From: Lachnospiraceae bacterium
GTDB lineage: Bacteria > Bacillota > Clostridia > Lachnospirales > Lachnospiraceae
Direction: 5' to 3'
Length of the DNA: 64,000 bases
Assembly: GCA_022793065.1 (NCBI GenBank)
Contig: JAAWCE010000076.1
Location: 595 to 64,594, forward strand
Of this stretch, positions 38,084-45,833 are shown in pieces. Every line of letters starts with the position of its first letter. The first letter of the stretch is position 1. The position numbers and the translations under genes were made by a program. Below the pieces are notes generated by a model, which made no database searches, was not told where the DNA came from, and was given only the letters and a program-made list of their open reading frames with translations.

Positions 38084-39061
38084 ATGTATTATATTGTAAT
38101 GGATTTAGAGTGGAATCAAAGTAATACTGGTTTGGAAGAAGAGGTGGCATATATTCCTTTTGAAATCATTGAGATTGGCGCTATCCGCTTAGAAGAGGAC
38201 GGCGTCATGACCGGAGAATTCAGCGAATTGATTAAGCCCACCGTATATCGTGAAATGCATCAGGTCACAGGCAGGCTGATTCATATGAAAATGAGTGAAT
38301 TGGACCAGGGAAGAGCATTTGTGCAAGTGGCAACGGAATTTTTCCGTTGGTGCGGAGAGGAAGAGCATTTGTTTTGTACCTGGGGAGCTATGGATTTGAC
38401 AGAGCTGCAGAGAAATATGAGATTTTATCATATGGAGCCTTTGGCCCAGGGGCCCATTGCCTTTTTGGATGTACAGAAATTATTCAGCATTGCGTTTGAA
38501 GATGGCAAATCCAGAAGGGCGTTGGAACATGCGGTGGAGACATTGCAAATGGAAAAAGATATCCCCTTTCACAGGGCGTTCAGCGACGCTTATTACACCA
38601 CAAAGGTTTTGATAAAAATTATAGCGGAAAAGCCGGAGGTGCTGAAAAAAGTCTCATATGATGTATTTCATACGCCCAAAGACCGGAAGTCCGAGATCAA
38701 GGCGCAGTTCGATACGTATATGAAATATATTTCCAGAGAATTTTCGGATAAATCGGAAGCATTGCAGGACAGGGAAGTGGCATCCAGTAAATGTTATTTA
38801 TGCCGTCGAAATCTGCGCAAAAAGTTAAAGTGGTTCTCACCAAACGGCAGACATTATTATTGTCTTGCTTATTGTGACAAACATGGTTATTTAAAAGGAA
38901 AAATACGTGTGCGTAAGTCGGAGCAGGGCGGTGTGTATGTTGTCAAAACCACTAAATTAGTCGGGCCGGAGGAAGCGGAAGCTGTAAGGGAACGGAGTAA
39001 ACATGTAAGGGAATTACACAAAAAACGTATTTCTGGTCATGAAACGAATATTTCTTCCTAA
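38084..39061 (+). CDS. DEDD-family 3'-5' exonuclease domain protein with Cys-containing C-terminal extension
   Basis: The ExoI motif is IVMDLEWNQ ... EIIEIGA. HRAFSDAYYT is the ExoIII H-x4-D motif. The start ATG at 38084 follows GAAAGGA. Confidence 0.7.
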   Translation: MYYIVMDLEWNQSNTGLEEEVAYIPFEIIEIGAIRLEEDGVMTGEFSELIKPTVYREMHQVTGRLIHMKMSELDQGRAFVQVATEFFRWCGEEEHLFCTWGAMDLTELQRNMRFYHMEPLAQGPIAFLDVQKLFSIAFEDGKSRRALEHAVETLQMEKDIPFHRAFSDAYYTTKVLIKIIAEKPEVLKKVSYDVFHTPKDRKSEIKAQFDTYMKYISREFSDKSEALQDREVASSKCYLCRRNLRKKLKWFSPNGRHYYCLAYCDKHGYLKGKIRVRKSEQGGVYVVKTTKLVGPEEAEAVRERSKHVRELHKKRISGHETNISS

Positions 39062-39157
39062 CTGCAAAGAGGCGTGTTTGAAAAAATTTACTGTAAGACA
39101 CACATTCCACAAAAGTGTGGAAACTGGAGAGTTTTTCTAACACGCCATGGAATTTAA

Positions 39158-40594
39158 CTACCATCTGCGACGTCTGCGGCGCCGGCGTCTTCCATCTCTT
39201 ACAGGGAAGACAAAATTTTTGCGCACAATGTAGATGAGAAACCGCAGTATTATAATGGAAAACAGAATCCCAAGGGCGATGATAATCCAGTTTTTGTTCA
39301 CATAAATGACAGGTTTATCAGAAGCGTCCTCTAAAATGGCGTCTTCAGGAGGTTCGTTGAAGGTATAGGTTTCTTTTTGATTTGCAATGTAATTGACCCT
39401 GACGGAACCCAGAGGAACGTCCTCATAGGTGTAGAAGATTACAGCGGCCTGGGTTTTATTTGTGTTATCGTAGGAAATATCAGACACAGTATCCTCAAAG
39501 GAAATTGTATTGGGCAGGATAATATAATCATCCTGATTCAGGGTAAGGAGGGGCTGGGAGCTGCCGAATATGTCGTTTCCGCTGTAGAACAGCCCTGTGT
39601 TGTCAATACTATATTTGGTTTCAATTTGAGCTACTTTTATTTTCTCAAAATTGGCGAAACCATATTCAAATAAAGAAATAGTGTCCTGATAGTGATTGGG
39701 AGATTCATCCTTCAGCACCACACAGATGAGTTTCATGCCGTTTTTTTCCGCACAGGAAACCAGGCAGCTTCGGGCGGATTGGGTGTAGCCCGTCTTACAC
39801 CCTACCAGGTATTCGTAGGCATACTCTCCTCCAGGGATAATCTGCATTTTGTTCAGCTCCAATTTTTCCTGAGGCAGCTTATCCGATGCAGGGATTTCCA
39901 GGCGTCTTGTCAAAGTGATTTTGCAGAGCATTTCATTTGCAAAAAAGGCGCGGCCTATCATAGCCAGGTCGTGAGCAGAAGTATAGTGATTTTCGTCGGG
40001 CAAACCATTGGGATTGGCAAAATGGGAATCAACACAGCCCAGCTCCGCCGCGCGGGTATTCATCATATCCCCGAAGTCCTGCCAGTTTGTGGAGCCTGAG
40101 ATATGTTCCGCTATGGCAAAGGCAACTTCATTGGCCGAGCGGATTAATAAGGCGTTCAGGCATTGTTCCACGGTCAGTTCCTGGCCTGGGTTCATGGCGA
40201 TATGGTTACTCTCACGGGGAGTGTCAAATACGGCGTCATGGGAGAATGTTACAGTTTGGTCCATTTCGCAAAGTTCCGAAGCCAGCAATGCCGTGAGTAT
40301 TTTAGTGGTGCTGGCAGGATATTCCTGTTGGTGGATGTTTTTGGCATAGAGAATTGTGCCCGTTTCCGCCTCCATTAAAATTGCCGCTTCCGCGCTCACT
40401 ATGGGGCCTATGGGCCAGTCAGTTACCTGGTTGGATTGGATTTCCATATTTCGCTGGGCTTCCAACCGAAGTTCGTTTTCATTTTCCGTGGCATGGGAAA
40501 TAACCGTGGATTGGAACAGCATACTGCCCGTCAATGCGGCAGCGGTGAGAATACGGATACATCTATGGAAAAAAGGATATTTGGATTTCTGCAT
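39158..40594 (-). CDS. dacB: D-alanyl-D-alanine carboxypeptidase (PBP5/6, peptidase S11) with C-terminal TM anchor and poly-Arg tail
   Basis: A signal peptide is present. The active-site motifs are SxxK (ASTTKIL), SxN (RSANEV) and KTG (CKTGYT). Confidence 0.85.
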   Translation of the reverse strand: MQKSKYPFFHRCIRILTAAALTGSMLFQSTVISHATENENELRLEAQRNMEIQSNQVTDWPIGPIVSAEAAILMEAETGTILYAKNIHQQEYPASTTKILTALLASELCEMDQTVTFSHDAVFDTPRESNHIAMNPGQELTVEQCLNALLIRSANEVAFAIAEHISGSTNWQDFGDMMNTRAAELGCVDSHFANPNGLPDENHYTSAHDLAMIGRAFFANEMLCKITLTRRLEIPASDKLPQEKLELNKMQIIPGGEYAYEYLVGCKTGYTQSARSCLVSCAEKNGMKLICVVLKDESPNHYQDTISLFEYGFANFEKIKVAQIETKYSIDNTGLFYSGNDIFGSSQPLLTLNQDDYIILPNTISFEDTVSDISYDNTNKTQAAVIFYTYEDVPLGSVRVNYIANQKETYTFNEPPEDAILEDASDKPVIYVNKNWIIIALGILFSIIILRFLIYIVRKNFVFPVRDGRRRRRRRRRW

Positions 40595-40785
40595 ACGGAT
40601 GACCTCGCAAAGTTATTTTTTACCTATTATATACTATTTTGTCAAAAAACAAAACCAAAATATTCATGGATTGACAAGAATGTTAAGATACAGTACAGTT
40701 ATGAATGGCGAAGGTCATTTTGAAAGAAATCCGCTGTCAGGAATTTTCAGTAATGATCCGCCTGAGCGGGCAGGAGGGCATGAAG

Positions 40786-41439
40786 ATGAGATTACGTAAT
40801 ATTACAGGTTCCAGGGAGGTGATTGCGGCAAGCCCCTATGTGATACAAGAGACGCTACAGTCTCAGTGCGCAGGAGTTTGGAAAGAAATCTTCGGAAATA
40901 CACGGCCCATCCATATAGAAATTGGTATGGGAAAGGGCAAATTTATACATACTATGGCTAGGGAGCATCCGGATATCAATTATGTGGGAATTGAAAAATA
41001 TTCCAGTGTGTTGCTTAGGGCAATACAGAAAATGGAACAGGAAACGCTTCCGAATCTAAGGTTCCTTCGCATGGACGCGGAAAATATTATAAATGTATTC
41101 GCTGCCGGCGAAGTGGACAGAATTTATTTGAATTTTTCTGATCCATGGCCAAAGGATAGACATGCGAAGCGCAGATTACCCTCAAAAGAATTTCTGGCGC
41201 GGTATCATGTGATCCTCAAGTCTGAGGGGAGACTGGAATTCAAAACAGATAATAGGGATTTGTTTGACTTTGCACTGGAGGAACTTGCGCTTGCAGGTTG
41301 GTGTAAGGAAGCGGTTACCTATGATTTACACGGGGATGAAGTTCTGATGTGCGGGAATGTAATGACAGAGTATGAGGAAAAGTTTTCCGGAATGGGGAAA
41401 CCAATCTGTAAGTATGTGGTTTACCATGAAAAATCATAA
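40786..41439 (+). CDS. trmB: tRNA (guanine46-N7)-methyltransferase
   Basis: Supporting motifs are IEIGMGKGKF, GIEK and NFSDPWPKDRHAKRR. The ATG at 40786 lies 8 nt after AGGAGG. Confidence 0.85.
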   Translation: MRLRNITGSREVIAASPYVIQETLQSQCAGVWKEIFGNTRPIHIEIGMGKGKFIHTMAREHPDINYVGIEKYSSVLLRAIQKMEQETLPNLRFLRMDAENIINVFAAGEVDRIYLNFSDPWPKDRHAKRRLPSKEFLARYHVILKSEGRLEFKTDNRDLFDFALEELALAGWCKEAVTYDLHGDEVLMCGNVMTEYEEKFSGMGKPICKYVVYHEKS

Positions 41440-41501
41440 TTTGTCTCTGTTATCAGACAAAGGAACAGCAGCTTAATTCATTATGAAAAAGGAGGAATAA
41501 A

Positions 41502-41825
41502 ATGGAATATAAGTTTACAACGAATAATTTTGATGCGGAAGTATTACAGGAATCCATGCCTGTGTTGGTGGATTTTTACTCGGATCGGTGTATGCCTTGC
41601 AGGATGATGGCGCCGATTGTGGAAAAGATTGCAAAAGAATACGAGGGTAAAGTCAAAGTGGGAAAGTGCAATACGGACGAGAATATGCAGTTGGCTATGA
41701 ATTACCGTATTTCAAGTATTCCAACTTTTATGTTTTTTAAAAACGGAAAACCGACAGCCACATATATAGGCGCTATGGAAGAGACAGAGCTTAAGGAGAA
41801 AGTGGAGCAGGCATTGGAAAAATGA
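41502..41825 (+). CDS. trxA: thioredoxin-fold protein with atypical CMPC active site
   Basis: Thioredoxin length and layout are present (VLVDFYSDRCMPCRMMAPI ... ISSIPTFMFFKNG). The canonical WCGPC is replaced by RCMPC. Confidence 0.8.
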   Translation: MEYKFTTNNFDAEVLQESMPVLVDFYSDRCMPCRMMAPIVEKIAKEYEGKVKVGKCNTDENMQLAMNYRISSIPTFMFFKNGKPTATYIGAMEETELKEKVEQALEK

Positions 41826-42697
41826 GCAAAGATGTGGTAATTGAGGAAGGAAAGAAATTATTGCTCAGTGTGTTCTGTGCATTTTTGTACGCCGCAGGTA
41901 TCAATCTTTTTGTGGTACCGTCGGGGTTATATACGGGCGGAGTTATGGGACTTTGCCAGGTAATCAGGACAGTGTTGGCGGATAACTTTCAGATTAGCTT
42001 TCAGGCATTTGATATTGCCGGAGCAATTTATTATGTTATTAATATCCCTATTTTTATCATTGCTTTTACCAAGCTGGGGCGAAGATTCTTTGTAAAGACA
42101 TTGGTTACGGTGACTTCTATGACAGTATTTTTATCCGTGATTCCGGTGCATGTGATTGTGAATGACGCAATGGCATCCTGTATTGTAGGAGGACTGATTT
42201 CCGGTACAGGAATTGGCATCACGCTTAGGATGGGATCTTCCAGCGGAGGGATGGACGTGGTAGGCGTCCTCCTGACCCGGTGGAAGAGGGATTTCAGTGT
42301 GGGTAAAGTGAATTTGTTTGTCAATTTGGCCTTGTATGGGATCTGTCTGTCTCTATTTGATGTAGAAATTGTAGTATATTCTGTGATCTATGCTTCGGTG
42401 TATGCGGTGGCAATGGATAAGGCTCATACACAGAATATCAATGTGGAGGCAAATATCATCACCAAAGCCAACACAACGGGATTGGAAAAAGAAGTTTTTG
42501 ACGAGCTGGGAAGAGGGATTACAAAATGGTCCACGTTGGGAGCATACACATATGATCAGTCCCATATTTTGTACATTACTTTATCCAAATATGAGGTTAG
42601 CCGCTTGAAGACAATTGTAAAAAAGCATGACCCCAATGCGTTTATAGTCATCAATGAAGGCGTTAGTGTGGACGGAAATTTTATGAAAAAGTTATAG
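41822..42697 (+). CDS. YitT family membrane protein (with C-terminal DUF2179-like domain)
   Basis: Five TM segments are present, with GLYTGGVMG and SSGGMDV motifs, followed by a soluble C-terminal domain. The start overlaps the trx stop (ATGA). Confidence 0.8.
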   Translation: MSKDVVIEEGKKLLLSVFCAFLYAAGINLFVVPSGLYTGGVMGLCQVIRTVLADNFQISFQAFDIAGAIYYVINIPIFIIAFTKLGRRFFVKTLVTVTSMTVFLSVIPVHVIVNDAMASCIVGGLISGTGIGITLRMGSSSGGMDVVGVLLTRWKRDFSVGKVNLFVNLALYGICLSLFDVEIVVYSVIYASVYAVAMDKAHTQNINVEANIITKANTTGLEKEVFDELGRGITKWSTLGAYTYDQSHILYITLSKYEVSRLKTIVKKHDPNAFIVINEGVSVDGNFMKKL

Positions 42698-42701
42698 CAG
42701 A

Positions 42702-43712
42702 TTACCCTCTTACATCAAGGAATTTGGCCTGGCCATGAATACGAAGCCTGACGGAATTGGCCGGTATAAATATACAGTCGCCTTTGTAAAATTTCAAGTC
42801 ATTGTCGGAAGCTCCATAACTGATGGTACCGCAGCCATTGACACACAGCAGAATCCGAAAGCTGATATCATCGGCCTGGAAATGGACTACCTGGCGCCGT
42901 TCAGTATTTACAATGATTCGGTGGACTTCAAAATACTTGCAGCGACAGAGTAATTCGGAAGCCATACCTTGTTGGTATTTTAATACCCGCAGAGGCTGCT
43001 TTGGCTCCGAAGAGCAATTCAGATTCGCTGCGGAGAGCGCTTTTTCAATATGCAGGTCTCGTTTGCGGCCGTTTTTGTCCGTGCGGTCATAGTCGTAAAG
43101 CCTGTAAGTCAGATTGCTGTTTTCCTGGATTTCAGCGATTAATGTGCCGGCGCCGATGGCATGTATGGTGCCGGCTTCAATTAAGAATAAATCATCTTTT
43201 TTCACAGGCACTTTTTGCAGTAATTTTTCTATGGTGCCGTCTGAAATCGCATGCCTCATGGCAGAGGCGTCGCAGTCATGTCTTAATCCATATATCAGTT
43301 TTGCATCTTTTGCAGCGTCCAGGACATACCACATTTCGGTTTTGCCTCGTTGGCCGTTTTCGTATGTTTGGGCATATTGGTCCGTTGGGTGTACCTGAAC
43401 GGAGAGATCCCGTTTGGCGTCAATAAATTTTATAAGAATGGGAAGCTGACCAGATGTGGTGCAATGAAGCACAGAATGTTCCAAGGCATGACTTCCAAGG
43501 TACTGTGGATAGGTTTTCAGTACCTCCGTTAATGTCATGCCCTCAAATCTTCCGCTTGCCACATAACATGGACCGTCAGGGTGAGTGCTGCACTCCCAGG
43601 TCTCCGCCAGAGGGGACATATCTATGTTTTTCGCAAATTCATCATTTAGTCTGTTGCCGCCCCATAGGTAATCCTTGCCTGACGGACGCAGCAGAAAAGG
43701 TTCGTTTTCCAT
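42702..43712 (-). CDS. manA: mannose-6-phosphate isomerase, class I
   Basis: Supporting motifs are DYLWGG, LSVQVHP, KTEMWYVL and GTIHAIG. The start ATG is at 43712, whereas the track ORF extends 30 codons further upstream. Confidence 0.85.
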   Translation of the reverse strand: MENEPFLLRPSGKDYLWGGNRLNDEFAKNIDMSPLAETWECSTHPDGPCYVASGRFEGMTLTEVLKTYPQYLGSHALEHSVLHCTTSGQLPILIKFIDAKRDLSVQVHPTDQYAQTYENGQRGKTEMWYVLDAAKDAKLIYGLRHDCDASAMRHAISDGTIEKLLQKVPVKKDDLFLIEAGTIHAIGAGTLIAEIQENSNLTYRLYDYDRTDKNGRKRDLHIEKALSAANLNCSSEPKQPLRVLKYQQGMASELLCRCKYFEVHRIIVNTERRQVVHFQADDISFRILLCVNGCGTISYGASDNDLKFYKGDCIFIPANSVRLRIHGQAKFLDVRG

Positions 43713-43734
43713 GATACCACACACCGTTTGTCGA

Positions 43735-45054
43735 TTAATCATATTCCAGGTCGAATTTTTGCTTATCATGCACTGTAATGTCGGAACCCAACTGCACTTC
43801 AATCAATTTTAATTCCGTATAGGCCGTTACCGTGTGACGGCAGCCGGCGCTCATAGTGATTACATCCCCCGTTTTGACATTTTGTTTCATGCCATCCACC
43901 ACGGTTCCGCCTTGACCGCTGATTACCACCCAGACTTCGTCTCTGTTCCGGTGACTGTGATAATTCATGCTGTGTCCGGCGTTTAAAGTCACTTTGATGG
44001 TCATGGATTCATTTTCTACATCTATCACCCGAAAGCTGCCCCAGGATTTCTCTGCAAACATAACTTGTTGTTCCATTCCGTCCACATAGGGCTTAATGTA
44101 AGAGCTTTGTTCTTTGTCGGATACAAGAATACCTTCGGGGCTGGCGGATATGATGACATCATGCAGTCCCATTGCCAAAATCGGCACATCCATCTCGTTG
44201 ACAATGTGCACATCCGTACATCGATCATTCAGAAGGCCGTTGCCCACCACATTTTCTTCCATTGCTTCGGTCAGAGTGTTCCATGTGCCAAGGTCTTTCC
44301 ACTGTCCGGCAAAGCGCATTACCTGAATTTTGTCCTCTTTTTCCGCCACTGCATAATCGAAGGAGATTTTGTCCAGGGTGTGGTATTTTGCATATAGGTC
44401 CTCATAGTCCGTAAAATCGATCAGTTCATGAGCCTTGTCCAACAGATATTTTAATTTGTATGCAAATACGCCCCCGTTCCAAAGCGCGCCGCGTGCAATA
44501 TAGTTTTGAGCGGTTGCGGCGTCGGGTTTTTCCTTAAATGTTGCTACACTGCTGAGAATTTCATTGCTTTTGGGAATGATGTAACCATATTTTTCACTGG
44601 GATAAGTGGGTTCAATTCCCATGAGCACCAGGTTGGATTCTCCTGTGTTGGCCTGTTCAGCAAGCGCTTTGAGGGATTCAAAGTAAACGTCGTCCACATA
44701 AGGGTCCACCGGACAGACCACAACAGATTCTTCCGGGCTGATTCCACGAATATCAGTTAAGTAAGCTGTTGCAAGAACAATGGCCGGAAATGTATCCCGA
44801 CGGCAGGGTTCTACAGAAATGCCGATGTCCTCCCCCAACTGGTTATGAATGGTGGAAACCTGAGTTTTGCTGGTGGCTATGGTAATATTGGCATTGGGGT
44901 CCGCAGCCTTAATCTGCCGATAGACCCGCTGTACCATGGATTCGTAGGAACCGTCGTGCGTTTTGAAAATTTTGATAAATTGTTTGGAGCGGATATCGTT
45001 GGAAAGCGGCCAAAGGCGTTTCCCGGAACCGCCGGATAATAATATTATGTTCAT
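43735..45054 (-). CDS. manC: mannose-1-phosphate guanylyltransferase with C-terminal cupin domain
   Basis: The N-terminus is ILLSGGSGKRLWPLS. The cupin motif is HSHRNRDEVWVV. Confidence 0.85.
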   Translation of the reverse strand: MNIILLSGGSGKRLWPLSNDIRSKQFIKIFKTHDGSYESMVQRVYRQIKAADPNANITIATSKTQVSTIHNQLGEDIGISVEPCRRDTFPAIVLATAYLTDIRGISPEESVVVCPVDPYVDDVYFESLKALAEQANTGESNLVLMGIEPTYPSEKYGYIIPKSNEILSSVATFKEKPDAATAQNYIARGALWNGGVFAYKLKYLLDKAHELIDFTDYEDLYAKYHTLDKISFDYAVAEKEDKIQVMRFAGQWKDLGTWNTLTEAMEENVVGNGLLNDRCTDVHIVNEMDVPILAMGLHDVIISASPEGILVSDKEQSSYIKPYVDGMEQQVMFAEKSWGSFRVIDVENESMTIKVTLNAGHSMNYHSHRNRDEVWVVISGQGGTVVDGMKQNVKTGDVITMSAGCRHTVTAYTELKLIEVQLGSDITVHDKQKFDLEYD

Positions 45055-45123
45055 AGTGGAAAACCTTCCTAATTGTAGGTGTGGAAATTGGTATTTGAGT
45101 TAGCTGTGTCAGAGACCATATGG

Positions 45124-45564
45124 TCAGCTTTTGTAAGTTTCTGCAATTCTGACAGCCTTTTCAGGATGATTGTTTTGCAGATACATTAAGTACTGCAGCG
45201 CGCTTCCTTCATATGGATGTAAGTCTCCTAACAATCCCACTTCCAGGCAGTTGCGAATGACATTTATGATACAGTCTTCCGTATGATCTTCTTTGCAGTC
45301 CTTACATTCTTTTAATATGTGAGCGATTGCAATTTCCAGTTCCGCTTCGTCATATATTTTCAGATCCATTGTGGGAACGTGGGCCGTACCTTCCGGTACC
45401 TCTTTTTTGGGAGTTTTGATATAAGTTTGAATACATTCTTTTGCATAGCCTATGGCGCAGCCTGTTCCCTGGCATCGGATGCAGGCAGCTTCGCCTCTGC
45501 AGCAATTTTCCAGATCATTTTGTACTAATTGGGCGTTTAAGCCTTTTTTATACATATCTGCCAT
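45124..45564 (-). CDS. hypothetical Cys-rich protein
   Basis: Cys clusters are CCRGEAACIRCQGTGC and CKDCKEDHTEDC. I chose the start ATG at 45564. No family is recognised. Confidence 0.45.
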   Translation of the reverse strand: MADMYKKGLNAQLVQNDLENCCRGEAACIRCQGTGCAIGYAKECIQTYIKTPKKEVPEGTAHVPTMDLKIYDEAELEIAIAHILKECKDCKEDHTEDCIINVIRNCLEVGLLGDLHPYEGSALQYLMYLQNNHPEKAVRIAETYKS

Positions 45565-45718
45565 TGTGCACCTCCGTAATGAAAGTAAAAATATTTCATC
45601 ATAGTATAGCATACCATAAGGTTATTTTCTACTATATTTTGATATTTTTAGTGATGGCGGGCCGCAGTTTGCACTCCCTTAAGAATTGGTATTTTTTTAT
45701 ACAAAACGTTTTTTATTT

Positions 45719-45748
45719 TTGACAGATATATAGTGCCTATGGTAAACT
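45719..45748 (+). promoter_or_regulatory. sigma-A promoter (TTGACA, 18-nt spacer, TGgTAAACT)
   Basis: TTGACA lies at 45719..45724 and TAAACT at 45743..45748, preceded by TGG. A T-rich tract lies upstream. Confidence 0.45.
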
Positions 45749-45833
45749 ATACCTGAGCTTACATTACCGTTTTGGAAGGGTGAGCAGGCTGTGATATCAG
45801 AGGATGAAGACTGTCAGATAGGGAGCAGGTACT

